A stretch of DNA of 64,000 nt from positions 1-64,000 of the IMG/VR virus record IMGVR_UViG_3300025858_000010; one strand, given 5' to 3'. Position numbers and translations under genes: made by a program. Each line of letters starts with the position of its first letter. Position 1 is the first letter of the stretch. The notes under the pieces were generated by a model, which searched no databases, had not been told where the DNA came from, and saw nothing but the letters and a program-made list of their open reading frames with translations. This document shows positions 11,895-21,840 of the stretch, piece after piece. The DNA comes from a virus (Duplodnaviria; Caudoviricetes).

Positions 11895-12046
11895 AACGTA
11901 TTAACGACTTAAAAGATGAATATGAAAGAATACGAAATTATGAATATGATAAGTATGATGATGAATGGGAAGCAATGGATAGAAAAAGAAGTATAGAAAC
12001 GGTTTTCTATTTATTGAATATAGATTTTAATGAGTTTGATAGATAA
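11831..12046 (+). CDS. Cassette ORF 3; first 20 aa are encoded by attC-like site 3
   Basis: MEKNRIKRFNENSELNISDV|MKRIN...; cassette ends GTTATGAAACGTATTA / TAATATGTTTCATAAC. Confidence 0.75.
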   Translation: MEKNRIKRFNENSELNISDVMKRINDLKDEYERIRNYEYDKYDDEWEAMDRKRSIETVFYLLNIDFNEFDR

Positions 12047-12052
12047 TATGTT

Positions 12053-12090
12053 TCATAACGTATGCGTATCTTTACAAGTAGAGATATTTT
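12053..12090 (+). repeat. Degenerate attC-like site 4 (left half only)
   Basis: TCATAAC followed by a TATCTTTAC/GTAGAGATA hairpin; no properly spaced GTT. Confidence 0.45.
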
Positions 12091-12411
12091 TTAAAAAATG
12101 AAATTTTTAAATACAGTGAACATGAAAAAAAATTGATGAGGATGAAAAAAATTGATTATACTAATTTTTGTGATGCTATTGCTGAAATTGCTAAACAACT
12201 TTTAAGCGCACTGATGAAAAATCGTTATTGTGAAAAAAAAAAGGATTATGCCATACGTGCCACAATAAGATAAAAGTAAAGAGAAATGGGATATACTAAA
12301 CAAGGACGAGAATATTATGATAGAATGAAATGAAAAAAAAAATTAAATAAAAAGTAGACATTTAATTCAAAAACACAAATCCATATTTTACTATATGGAT
12401 TTATGAAACTA

Positions 12412-13194
12412 TCATTTTAGAATATTTTTTAATTCACAAATCAATGAAAAAACATGAAGTGGAGGATCAGTTGTTGTTTCAAATTCGGCATTATATATCT
12501 TATTTAATTCTAATAATTTGAAACCTTTTTCATCAATTATTTCTTTATGATTATTTATTAGATATTGATAAAATGGTCTCCCCAAAATATCAATTAATGT
12601 TTTCGGTTGATTGACCCAATTATCCATAACAAAATAAAAATTTTCTGAAAAATTGTTATTTTTGTTTAAAATAAAATCAAATATGTCTTTGTAGTTACCT
12701 TTTATTGATATGTTCTGATCTTCTGTTATATAAATTGTTTGTAAATCTTGAATAGATAATCTAAGATCTGGAAAATTTGTATCTATAATTTTTCTTATAA
12801 TATTATCATCTACTGTCATTTTTGAATGTTTAACAACACTCATTAAATATTTGTAATATCCATTCAATAAAAAATTTTTCTCGTCATCATTTATTGGAGT
12901 AAAACATATCTTATTAAATCTTGATAACAAAGGACCAATTACTTTAGATATGTCATTCATAGATATAATAAACCTAACTCTATAATCATATTTTTCTACA
13001 AAACCCTTAAATCCGTCTTGAAATTCTGGACTAGCTTTTTCGAATTCTTCCAAATAAACATATTTCATTTTGTCATCTGTTTTGACAAGAGGTGAAGGCA
13101 TGGAATCACAAAAATCCAACATTTTCTCTCGTAAAACATTTATACCGTTATCTATGTTGGCGTTTATTTTCATTGAACATTTATCTTTAAGCAA
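12412..13194 (-). pseudogene. Clamp loader AAA+ subunit (T4 gp44/RFC-like), lacking the N-terminus and Walker A
   Basis: KINA..GINVLRE, YLEEFE (Walker B), RFIISMN, LLSRF, FPDLR; the upstream frame gives ...NDISLAEILL with no GKT. Confidence 0.65.
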
Positions 13195-13319
13195 AATTTC
13201 AGCCAGCGAAATATCATTTAAAAATAACTGAAATTCATAATTCTTTTTGTCAATTACAAATCTTTTATTTTCATTTGTGAAATCTAATCTGGTTTTAATA
13301 TTTGAATTTTATTTGCAAG

Positions 13320-13327
13320 CAAAGATA
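13320..13327 (-). promoter_or_regulatory. Bacteroidota-type sigma-A -7 box
   Basis: TATCTTTG (TAnnTTTG) in an intergenic region. Confidence 0.5.
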
Positions 13328-13351
13328 ATAAAAAAATGTAATAATAAAAAA

Positions 13352-13624
13352 TTAAATTTTCTTTTCTTTTAAAAACTGAAAAAATTCTTCAAATGTTATA
13401 CTTGTGAAATCAAAATCACAATCATTTGGAATTATTATATAATCAAAAATTTGTTTATATCTATCGTCATTGTGATCATCACACCATTCAAACATAAGAT
13501 AATTTAAAGCTTCAAGATGAGGAGATCTTGTTTTTGGCATAAGATTATCATTAAATCTCCTCAGCTTGAAGTTTTTAGATTTATATTGTAATAGTATGCG
13601 ATCGTAATATTCGTGAAGGTTCAT
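13352..13624 (-). CDS. Hypothetical protein
   Basis: ORF co-oriented with neighbours. Confidence 0.55.
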   Translation of the reverse strand: MNLHEYYDRILLQYKSKNFKLRRFNDNLMPKTRSPHLEALNYLMFEWCDDHNDDRYKQIFDYIIIPNDCDFDFTSITFEEFFQFLKEKKI

Positions 13625-13646
13625 GTTGTTGTCTTATATTCTGTTT

Positions 13647-14300
13647 TTATATTAGTTTTTCATTTTTCCATTTTATAAAATTATTTCCAGTGTCCATAAA
13701 TTTTCTTTCTGTATCAAAACAATTTGTTGTAAATTCAGGACATGTTTTTATATTAATTATAATTTGATCCGTATCTTCATTATATTTGATTATCATTTCA
13801 TGATAAAATTGATAGGAACATAATCTTACTTTTGAATTCATTGACATTTCCATAGGATAAAATTTATCGATCATAAAATTTAAAATATCTTTTTTAAAAT
13901 CATGTTCGTTTTTATAATTAAAATATTCTATTAAATTTATATTATCCCCTTTGTATCTCTTTTGTATTATCTTAATGTTTGTTCTTATGAATAATTTACT
14001 ATTTCCATCTATTTCCAAATAATATGTTTCTATGGTATTATTTTTTCTTTCTACATGTATAATATTATTATTAAATATATCATTGATGTTCATATATTCA
14101 TCAATACTTGTATTATTTTCAATTAATTCAAAGTCATCAAGCTCTTTATAATTATTATTTTTTAATTTTTTCAAATATAAAATTTTTATATTAGTGGGAA
14201 TTTCAGATTCAATTGAATCAAAAAAAGACTTTAATTTATCTTGTTTTTCACCTATTACTGTGAAATTTAACGAATTGTTTTCAGTTATGTAAAGTTTCAT
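13647..14300 (-). CDS. Hypothetical protein
   Basis: ORF directly downstream of the RM-like gene. Confidence 0.6.
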   Translation of the reverse strand: MKLYITENNSLNFTVIGEKQDKLKSFFDSIESEIPTNIKILYLKKLKNNNYKELDDFELIENNTSIDEYMNINDIFNNNIIHVERKNNTIETYYLEIDGNSKLFIRTNIKIIQKRYKGDNINLIEYFNYKNEHDFKKDILNFMIDKFYPMEMSMNSKVRLCSYQFYHEMIIKYNEDTDQIIINIKTCPEFTTNCFDTERKFMDTGNNFIKWKNEKLI

Positions 14301-14309
14301 AATTTTTTT

Positions 14310-17300
14310 TTATTGTTTTTTAATTTTAATCGTGTGAACTTTGATGAATTTTATTTCATCGATATCCAAATTAAAATATTTGTAAATTTTATCTTCATTA
14401 TCCACTATATTTAAATCCACTTTTGGAATTCTGTTCAAAACTGGGTTTGCGAATCTGCCGTTTCTATAAATGTTATTTATAAAAACCACTATGTTTGATT
14501 TTAAAAATATTCTTAATTTTTCACAATCTTGAACATTTTCCATTTTATAATAACCAGATTGTTTCCCAACACCTTTATCAATAGATACTTCCGTAAAATG
14601 TTCGACATTATCATTATCGAAATCATTTATGTATGATGATATTAATTTAATCAAGTTTGCCCCATTAAAAGGTTCTTTAGAATATACCAGTCTTCTAGAT
14701 TTTTCAGAAGAATAAAATAAAGGAAATTTATATTCATCATTTTTTTCAAATGAAACAAATTTAGTATTTATAGAATGATTTGTCCCATTGTGAAATTCAA
14801 AAACACCATTTTTAAATATTTTATTCAAAATAATGAAAAGTTCATTATTTATAACATCAGCAGATAAAGGCAACAAATCTAAATCACTTATATTAATTTT
14901 AGATTTTCCTAATTTTGTTACTATTGTTGTTTCTTTTTGATATTCTTTATTTTGTAATAAAAAATAACTAAAAGTGTTATCTATTTTAAAATATTTCGAA
15001 CAATCATTCATATTAATGAACAATAAATTATATTTTTTAAATCTTCCAAAATCAGTTTTATTACCTGCCCACGTATTTGGAACAACATATAATAAATATC
15101 CATTAATATTAAAATATTTTATAGATTTATAAATAAATTTTTTCCACAGTCCACTTTCACCGCCTTGACCTCCCCCTATTCCACCTTCAGAATTATACGG
15201 TGGATTAGTTAATATCAAATCGAATTTTTCGATACCCCATTCTTTCATTTTATTATCAAATCCATCGTCTAAAAATGAACCTCTATGCCATTTCATTTCT
15301 TTATATTCGTTATTCGGATCAAATAATTGAAGATAAATGAACATGTTTTTCGGTTGTAATTCACAAACATGAATAATTTTCTCAATAATATGTTTATATC
15401 TCAAGTTTTCATCTTTCTGCCATGATTCAAGTCCTTTCATAAATCTTTGAATAGCCACACAAACAAATACTCCAGACCCATTGCTTGGTTCTAAAACTTT
15501 AGCATAGGGATTACTCCAAAATTCTACTGGAATAGTATCAAGCATTTCATTGACTAATTTCGCTGGAGTCTGAACTTCACCTAGCAACTTTTTCTCGATT
15601 TTCGAAACCCCCACGTAGCTCTCAATTAATTCTAATACTTTTTCAATATTAATCACTCTATCGTTCTTATTTTCTGTATATATCAATTTGCGAAATTTCG
15701 TATTAAAAGTCAATATCCTATCATTTAATAATTCGATATTGATATAATTTCTATAAACAAAATCTGCTGTCGCAAAATTAATATTTAAATGCCCATCAAG
15801 CGATAAAAATTCAACAAAATTCTTTTCTCTTTCAGCATCGCTATGAATATAATCCAAACAATCGTTTAAATTATCTATCTTATAGTCACAACAAATAGAA
15901 AGAAGAGGAGTTTTACCTAAAATATATACTACATCCTCAAATGCTAATTTTTTATCACTTTCTACTATATTTCTATCTCTTTTTTCTCTTAAAGTTTGTT
16001 TAGTTTTTCCTTTTTCAATGTCATTATCATTAACACGGACATTTATAGATCCCTTATCGATTTCACCACCAATTTTCCCCATCATTTCTAATAATAATAG
16101 ATAATCATTATCTACTTCATCTTTACGAATTAAATAATTACCAAAGAAATTTCTAGATTTAATATCCATTATGTCAACAATTTTATCTTTAAATCCTTGA
16201 AGATCAATGGAACTGAACTTACCATCTTCATTGCATTCAAAAATGCTCAACGAGTCGAAAAATTCAACATATCTTTCTTCCAGAGATTTATTACCACTAA
16301 TATAATTGACTTCAATAAATTCTTTAAAGATTTTAAAGGTTCTATATGGAGTAAAATCAATCACACTGCAATTAGTTTTACCTTTCATTGGGCTTTGACA
16401 GCGATAACTGGCTTGAATATATTCGTCCATAGATGCCCAATCATTCATAAACATCACCATATCACATTTTCTCAAAGTAATACCAGTAGTTAATTGACGA
16501 TTAGCAATGACAATAGATTTCTTTCCGTCTCTTGGAATAAACTCATTTTTAGTTTTCCATAACAAATCAGCAGAGTTTGTATTGACTTCACTATTAGTAT
16601 AATGAATATTATAATTATTTCTATAAAAATCTATATTCATTAAAACATCTACCAGAAGTGGTTGACATTCATTATTTTGAACAAACATTAAGATTGAATC
16701 GGCATTCAATTTTTTGAGAGGCATATTGATGTTGTTTCCATAAAAACCAGCAATCCATTTGAAAAATATTTCAATATCATTTTTATATTTCAATTTTCCA
16801 TCTTCAACTTGAAAAAATTTATTCCAATTGAAAAATTCTTCATCCTTATAATACTGCATTAATGACTGTATAGTTTTTGAAGGATTATATAAATAAAAAG
16901 AAATATCAGGAAGAGTATAGATTTCTGGATATAATTTTTTAAATTTCTTTTCGTCAGAAATACTATATGTATGAGTATCACATGGGAGAAATGTTCCTCG
17001 TAAAAGATTTCTAGTTGGTGTAGCTGATAAACCAAGTAATCTATCATAATTTAAATGACCTAGAAGTTTATCAGTTAATTCTGATTCTTTTCCGCGATGA
17101 CATTCGTCCACAATGATCAAATCCCATTTTATTCCGCGAAGAATTTTGAATTTTTCTTTAAGCATCGGAAGATCTGAATCTGAAATTTTTCCTTTAGCAT
17201 CCTGAAAAGATACCATAACGAAATTTGGTCTTTCGTCAAACATAATTTTTTCAGTAATCGTGTCAGAACAAACATTTATAATATCATAATCTAATCCATA

Positions 17301-17867
17301 AATATTTAAAGCTCCACTTTGCCATTGTCCGTTTAAAACTGGATAGTTAGTAAAAAGAAGAACATTTTTATATTTTTTATCTTTTAATAATTGATAACAA
17401 ATATAAGTTTTTCCAGATCTTGGTTTATGATTCAATAAAACATTACGAGAACCATTATCAAATCTATCACAAATAAAATTATAGGCATCTAGTTGATGTG
17501 GCATAAGTTGCAGTCTCATTTTAAAAGCGTCTGGATCAACTAAAATGGCTTTAATGGCTGTCTTAATATCATCAATGGTGATATCGTAGAACCATTCGCG
17601 ATCTTTATCAAGACGAAGCCTTTTTCCTCTGTCGTCAAAATATTTATGAAGTTTATTTTCTAATTCTTTTGGTGTAATATTGTATCCATTAACAGAAAAT
17701 GTCATTAATAATCGTAAAGGTTCTGGAACAGCAGTAACATCTTGTTCTAAAACTCTTTCGTCGAAGATTCTATTGGTAGATCCTATTTTATACCAATTTT
17801 TTTGAATATAAGTGTCAGTGGAATAAACATAAATTCCATACCCAAATCCATTATAATTTTCCATCAT
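14310..17867 (-). CDS. Single-chain restriction-modification-like enzyme: T5orf172/GIY-YIG nuclease + SF2 (ResIII-like) helicase + N6-adenine methyltransferase
   Basis: GIYVY..YKIGST..R..DREWF; PRSGKT, DECH, LSATP, QASYR; EPSNGSG, TNPPY. Confidence 0.8.
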   Translation of the reverse strand: MMENYNGFGYGIYVYSTDTYIQKNWYKIGSTNRIFDERVLEQDVTAVPEPLRLLMTFSVNGYNITPKELENKLHKYFDDRGKRLRLDKDREWFYDITIDDIKTAIKAILVDPDAFKMRLQLMPHQLDAYNFICDRFDNGSRNVLLNHKPRSGKTYICYQLLKDKKYKNVLLFTNYPVLNGQWQSGALNIYGLDYDIINVCSDTITEKIMFDERPNFVMVSFQDAKGKISDSDLPMLKEKFKILRGIKWDLIIVDECHRGKESELTDKLLGHLNYDRLLGLSATPTRNLLRGTFLPCDTHTYSISDEKKFKKLYPEIYTLPDISFYLYNPSKTIQSLMQYYKDEEFFNWNKFFQVEDGKLKYKNDIEIFFKWIAGFYGNNINMPLKKLNADSILMFVQNNECQPLLVDVLMNIDFYRNNYNIHYTNSEVNTNSADLLWKTKNEFIPRDGKKSIVIANRQLTTGITLRKCDMVMFMNDWASMDEYIQASYRCQSPMKGKTNCSVIDFTPYRTFKIFKEFIEVNYISGNKSLEERYVEFFDSLSIFECNEDGKFSSIDLQGFKDKIVDIMDIKSRNFFGNYLIRKDEVDNDYLLLLEMMGKIGGEIDKGSINVRVNDNDIEKGKTKQTLREKRDRNIVESDKKLAFEDVVYILGKTPLLSICCDYKIDNLNDCLDYIHSDAEREKNFVEFLSLDGHLNINFATADFVYRNYINIELLNDRILTFNTKFRKLIYTENKNDRVINIEKVLELIESYVGVSKIEKKLLGEVQTPAKLVNEMLDTIPVEFWSNPYAKVLEPSNGSGVFVCVAIQRFMKGLESWQKDENLRYKHIIEKIIHVCELQPKNMFIYLQLFDPNNEYKEMKWHRGSFLDDGFDNKMKEWGIEKFDLILTNPPYNSEGGIGGGQGGESGLWKKFIYKSIKYFNINGYLLYVVPNTWAGNKTDFGRFKKYNLLFINMNDCSKYFKIDNTFSYFLLQNKEYQKETTIVTKLGKSKINISDLDLLPLSADVINNELFIILNKIFKNGVFEFHNGTNHSINTKFVSFEKNDEYKFPLFYSSEKSRRLVYSKEPFNGANLIKLISSYINDFDNDNVEHFTEVSIDKGVGKQSGYYKMENVQDCEKLRIFLKSNIVVFINNIYRNGRFANPVLNRIPKVDLNIVDNEDKIYKYFNLDIDEIKFIKVHTIKIKKQ

Positions 17868-17881
17868 AACTAATATTTATA

Positions 17882-17889
17882 CAAAAATA
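17882..17889 (-). promoter_or_regulatory. Bacteroidota-type sigma-A -7 box upstream of the RM-like gene
   Basis: TATTTTTG with TTTG further upstream. Confidence 0.5.
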
Positions 17890-18387
17890 CAACAATTATC
17901 TCAAACAAAAAAATAATTAAAAATGTCAGAAATCTAAAGCAGGAGGGTTTCATTGACCATCAAATTGAGATTCAATTCCTCTGGAATATAAGCATCAAGT
18001 CTTGGAGATAGGCAATGACCGACTATTTTTCTGGAATATGCGGAATCCTCCCATCGAACCGGCCCAGATCCTTCCATTCCAGGTGTAAAGCTTGGTGATC
18101 AATTTCATTATAAGAAAACAAACCAGTTACCATTAAGGTCGTTTGTTCATTTAAAATCAGTCAAAGACAATACTAAGCGGCTCGATCCCAACTCCATCGT
18201 TTCCAGCCCTGACCTTGCCGATACCGCTGAAGAAGTAATAAAGATTAATTGTCTCTATTATAAAATTCGTCTAATTTCTTGTTTGTGAATTGTTAAAAAG
18301 TTTTCATATTCATTATATATATTTATTTTTTTATAACGATAAACTTCATCAAAACATTTTTATATATAGAATAAATAGTTTTTACAT

Positions 18388-18669
18388 ATGGCTGGAGTCA
18401 AAGAATGTTTAAGAAGATTAACTGAAAAAAATATAGACATGAAGATTAATCAACACGTTAAATATCTTATTGATAATGTTGACGAATCACAATTAGAATA
18501 TAAATTATCTCAAACAACAGGTATTAAAATAGACGGTCAAATGATACAACTATGGTATACCCCCGGTATAGGATTTCAATGCAAGAATATGTATCAAGAA
18601 AGATACGGTAGATTGCCGTTATGTAATTTCGTAGAAAGATTTTTAAATGAAGAACTTCATAAACTTTAA
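18388..18669 (+). CDS. Hypothetical protein
   Basis: ORF preceded by TTTATATATA. Confidence 0.6.
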   Translation: MAGVKECLRRLTEKNIDMKINQHVKYLIDNVDESQLEYKLSQTTGIKIDGQMIQLWYTPGIGFQCKNMYQERYGRLPLCNFVERFLNEELHKL

Positions 18670-18778
18670 CCAGCAGTTCCAATTCTTTTGACTATGATGA
18701 TGCGGAAGTCGAAACCCGAACCGGAACACATCTCCACCATACTCGTAACCGATAAAAACGACCATTTTGTTTCGTCGC

Positions 18779-19381
18779 TTACCCTCGGAGAGCGGTAGTA
18801 AAGTTGACGTACATAATGGGTGTTTTTTTACCAAGAGTTTTCTTTTGAATATCTTTTTTATCTTTCTTTGGTTTATTCGGATAGTCGAAATTTGAATATT
18901 TTTCTCTAAATTCTTTAAAATATATTTCAAATATATCTATAGGTATATCTGTTTTCAAATTCTCAAAAACTTTTAATTGATTATCATAACCTAATTCTCT
19001 AAGATATTTAAAAGTTCTTCTAGTATCAACTATATCATGTTTGGCTGATAATAGAATTTTCTTTTCTGGAAATTGTTCTTGATCATAAACAGATTTTAAT
19101 TCACATCCGTTTTTAAAATAGAATGACGGGTTAAAAAGAAGAGATGGTATTTTTGTAATATTGGACACATATAATGCTAAATAAGCGCCCATCATATTAC
19201 CAATAATTAAATTGTTGTAGTCAAAATCAACATTATTAGATAATGAAGATATAATGTTTCTATTGTTTATGTAATCTAAATCCGGAGTAAAAATTTCATC
19301 GCCAAACTTGCTTAAAATTTTCAATTTAGATTCATTTATTTTTTCATTCCAATCAGAGATATATAATATTCTATATGACAT
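18779..19381 (-). CDS. YqiA/UPF0227-like alpha/beta-hydrolase, probably inactive
   Basis: TPDLDY, IIGNMMGAY (GxSxG elbow without Ser), LFNPS, DIVD. Confidence 0.55.
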   Translation of the reverse strand: MSYRILYISDWNEKINESKLKILSKFGDEIFTPDLDYINNRNIISSLSNNVDFDYNNLIIGNMMGAYLALYVSNITKIPSLLFNPSFYFKNGCELKSVYDQEQFPEKKILLSAKHDIVDTRRTFKYLRELGYDNQLKVFENLKTDIPIDIFEIYFKEFREKYSNFDYPNKPKKDKKDIQKKTLGKKTPIMYVNFTTALRG

Positions 19382-19400
19382 ATGAAGAAGTGATTAGGAT

Positions 19401-19571
19401 TTAAAAAACGATCTTTTTATCTCTTTTGCGATCATAAATCTTTTTGCTCTTATGAACTTTATGTTTAACAACGAAACCGTTAGTTAAATCATCATTACGA
19501 GAAGCAATTCTATTAGCTTTGATGTAATCATCTAAACCGAAAGTAAACTTTATGTTTTCTAACCTTTTCAT
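19401..19571 (-). CDS. Small basic protein (56 aa)
   Basis: Manual translation MKRLENIKFTFGLDDYIKANRIASRN...HKVHKSKKIYDRKRDKKIVF; TATCTTTG box at 19604-19611. Confidence 0.6.
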   Translation of the reverse strand: MKRLENIKFTFGLDDYIKANRIASRNDDLTNGFVVKHKVHKSKKIYDRKRDKKIVF

Positions 19572-19639
19572 TGATTTTAATTATTAAGAGATTTTTGATA
19601 TGACAAAGATAATATAAATTTTCTATATAAAAAAATTTT

Positions 19640-20233
19640 TTATATATCTTTTGTCGTACTATAGGCATTGAATAATAAATCATTGACTTCATCAAATGTT
19701 TTTGAATTAAGTATTTCATCCATTATATAATTCAATTGAATTTTACGTTCTTCTTTGTCTATAGTATTTGTAAGATCATTTATCATATCTTTAATGATAT
19801 CTATCGACTGATATTTATATTCTTCTAAATCGTTAGCCACGATGCTTAAATGTTTTGGTTTTTTTTCGAGATAAATATTTCTCAATAATTTTATTAGTTG
19901 AATCAATGACGGATAATCGTTTAATGACATGTTCCTAATGTTTAAAGTAGCACTTGACACGGGAGGTTTTAAATTGTTCGTTTTCCACGTCACTCTTAAT
20001 ATGTTGTGATCATTAATTTTAGAACCTTCTTCACATCTTAATATAAAAATTATTTTTTTATTTTCTGTGATTTTATAGAAAGTGGAAAAAGTAATTACAA
20101 CATTATTTTTATCCCTATATAAAATATCCCATTTTAATTTATCATTATATGTATCTTTTCTGAGTTGATGAATAAGTTTAATACTCTTAATTCTTTCACT
20201 TCTATTTTCAATATTTGAATTAAAATTATTCAA
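19640..20233 (-). CDS. Hypothetical protein
   Basis: ORF; LRKDT...W pattern shared with 6391 and 20236. Confidence 0.6.
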   Translation of the reverse strand: MNNFNSNIENRSERIKSIKLIHQLRKDTYNDKLKWDILYRDKNNVVITFSTFYKITENKKIIFILRCEEGSKINDHNILRVTWKTNNLKPPVSSATLNIRNMSLNDYPSLIQLIKLLRNIYLEKKPKHLSIVANDLEEYKYQSIDIIKDMINDLTNTIDKEERKIQLNYIMDEILNSKTFDEVNDLLFNAYSTTKDI

Positions 20234-20235
20234 TG

Positions 20236-20550
20236 TTATATTTCGGTTTTATTTTTAGCGACTAATTCAATTAGATCATATAACAAAAATTCCGTTGATG
20301 CATTTATAGTTTCAATAAATTGTTTTTTATTTTTATCTTGGTTTTGAACAAAATATATCTTCATATATGAATAACTCAATTTTTTTCCATATACAAAGAT
20401 ATTAAATTCAATATTTTTATTTTTTGTTAAATTTAATGTAAATCTATAAGTGTGATAAGCTTTCGAGTATCCGTAAGTATTTACCCAATTTATTTTACCT
20501 TCAGATGTGTCTAATATTAATCCTTCTAGAATTTTAATTGAATTTTTCAT
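20236..20550 (-). CDS. Hypothetical protein
   Basis: ORF with a late-promoter-like motif at ~20555. Confidence 0.6.
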   Translation of the reverse strand: MKNSIKILEGLILDTSEGKINWVNTYGYSKAYHTYRFTLNLTKNKNIEFNIFVYGKKLSYSYMKIYFVQNQDKNKKQFIETINASTEFLLYDLIELVAKNKTEI

Positions 20551-20583
20551 AGAGGTATATATAAAAAATGAAAAATAAAAAAA

Positions 20584-20841
20584 TTATTTTATCATATCAA
20601 TTATATCTTTATCATAAATTATTTTCCTAACAATCACACCACAACTATCTTGTTCTATTCCGTAAAAATATGTTGTATCCTTTGATTTTATTATACCAAA
20701 AAACTTAATTATAGCTATATTAGAATCCGTTTTTAAATATACTGAATCGTGATACTTAGGGGAAGGTACAAATTTCTTTTTATTATTATCACAACTGACC
20801 ATTAATAAAAAGAAGATTATTAATAATATTATATGTTTCAT
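20584..20841 (-). CDS. Putative lipoprotein
   Basis: Signal peptide with lipobox LMVSC. Confidence 0.6.
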   Translation of the reverse strand: MKHIILLIIFFLLMVSCDNNKKKFVPSPKYHDSVYLKTDSNIAIIKFFGIIKSKDTTYFYGIEQDSCGVIVRKIIYDKDIIDMIK

Positions 20842-20859
20842 TATTTTATTTTTTTAAAT

Positions 20860-20890
20860 AAAAAAAGACGGATTTAAACCGTCTTTTTTT
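20860..20890. terminator. Intrinsic terminator (bidirectional type)
   Basis: A7-GACGG-ATTTAAA-CCGTC-T7. Confidence 0.75.
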
Positions 20891-20906
20891 ATTTCGTTAA
20901 AACCTT

Positions 20907-21266
20907 TTAATTATTTTTTGCGGTTTTTCCTTTCACCGGTTTTGTTTTCAAACCCGGATTTCCTGTAGATTTGCTTTTGTCCCAATACATCTCAACACCA
21001 TTGTAACCACCCTCGGGAACATCAATGTAAATTGACCCCCACTGGCCGTAACCGCTGGCATAGACACTTGCTGTTCCTCCTCCGGCATTTACAATGTATT
21101 CAGTGTAATCATATGGGCCGACGCTCATATCATAACCACACCAAGAAACCGACATGGATAACTCAGTGTAATTATCACATCCGAATGTTCCCTTTGGCTT
21201 AGCACAACCGGAAAATAAAACAGTAAAAGCGACAAACAATGTCAACAATGCGATAATTTTTTTCAT
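20907..21266 (-). CDS. Putative lipoprotein
   Basis: MKKIIALLTLFVAFTVLFSGC lipobox. Confidence 0.7.
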   Translation of the reverse strand: MKKIIALLTLFVAFTVLFSGCAKPKGTFGCDNYTELSMSVSWCGYDMSVGPYDYTEYIVNAGGGTASVYASGYGQWGSIYIDVPEGGYNGVEMYWDKSKSTGNPGLKTKPVKGKTAKNN

Positions 21267-21408
21267 AGCTTTTTTTTATTTGTTTTTTTTTTATATCATA
21301 TATAATTCATAAAAACGTAAAAGTTTAAAAAAAATTATTTCAATAGGATATGACGTTTTTAAACTTTTTTTATTTTAATATGTATAATTTACAAAAAAAA
21401 ACATTAAT

Positions 21409-21822
21409 ATGAAAAAATTTTTATTAACTATTATCTTAATTGCTATGAGTTTTTTTGCTCAATCTGCTCTTCCAGAAAAAGATTTATCGAAACTGACAAT
21501 TAATAGTGTACCTCCATCGAGTTCTATTTCACCGCCATATATAGATGCTCATTCATATATCAGTAAAGGTATAACTAATATGGTATTTGGTGCAATTTTT
21601 ACAGGTTGTGGAGCTGTTTGTTTATCATATCAACCCAGCCCGTATGTAAATTATGATACTCAAACGAGATTTTGGTGTGGAGTTACTTTTTGTGCTCTCG
21701 GTGGAATAGATTTCATTGTTGGAACTGCTTATTTAATAACTGGTTCTGTCATGTTAAATAAAGAAAAAAATATATCACTATCACCATCTAAAAATAATAT
21801 TGGAATTGCGATTAATTTCTAA
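21409..21822 (+). CDS. Secreted/membrane protein
   Basis: Signal peptide ending FAQ, two hydrophobic helices, C-terminal Phe. Confidence 0.65.
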   Translation: MKKFLLTIILIAMSFFAQSALPEKDLSKLTINSVPPSSSISPPYIDAHSYISKGITNMVFGAIFTGCGAVCLSYQPSPYVNYDTQTRFWCGVTFCALGGIDFIVGTAYLITGSVMLNKEKNISLSPSKNNIGIAINF

Positions 21823-21840
21823 AAAAAAAAATGAAAAAAG

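Noticed and set aside
10667-12090. CRISPR array
   Set aside because: The repeats differ in sequence and length, and the intervening DNA is whole genes of 170-750 bp.
18670-18820. tRNA or structured RNA in a GC-richer patch
   Set aside because: No cloverleaf or T-loop consensus found by eye; it may be the coding tail of 18643..18930.
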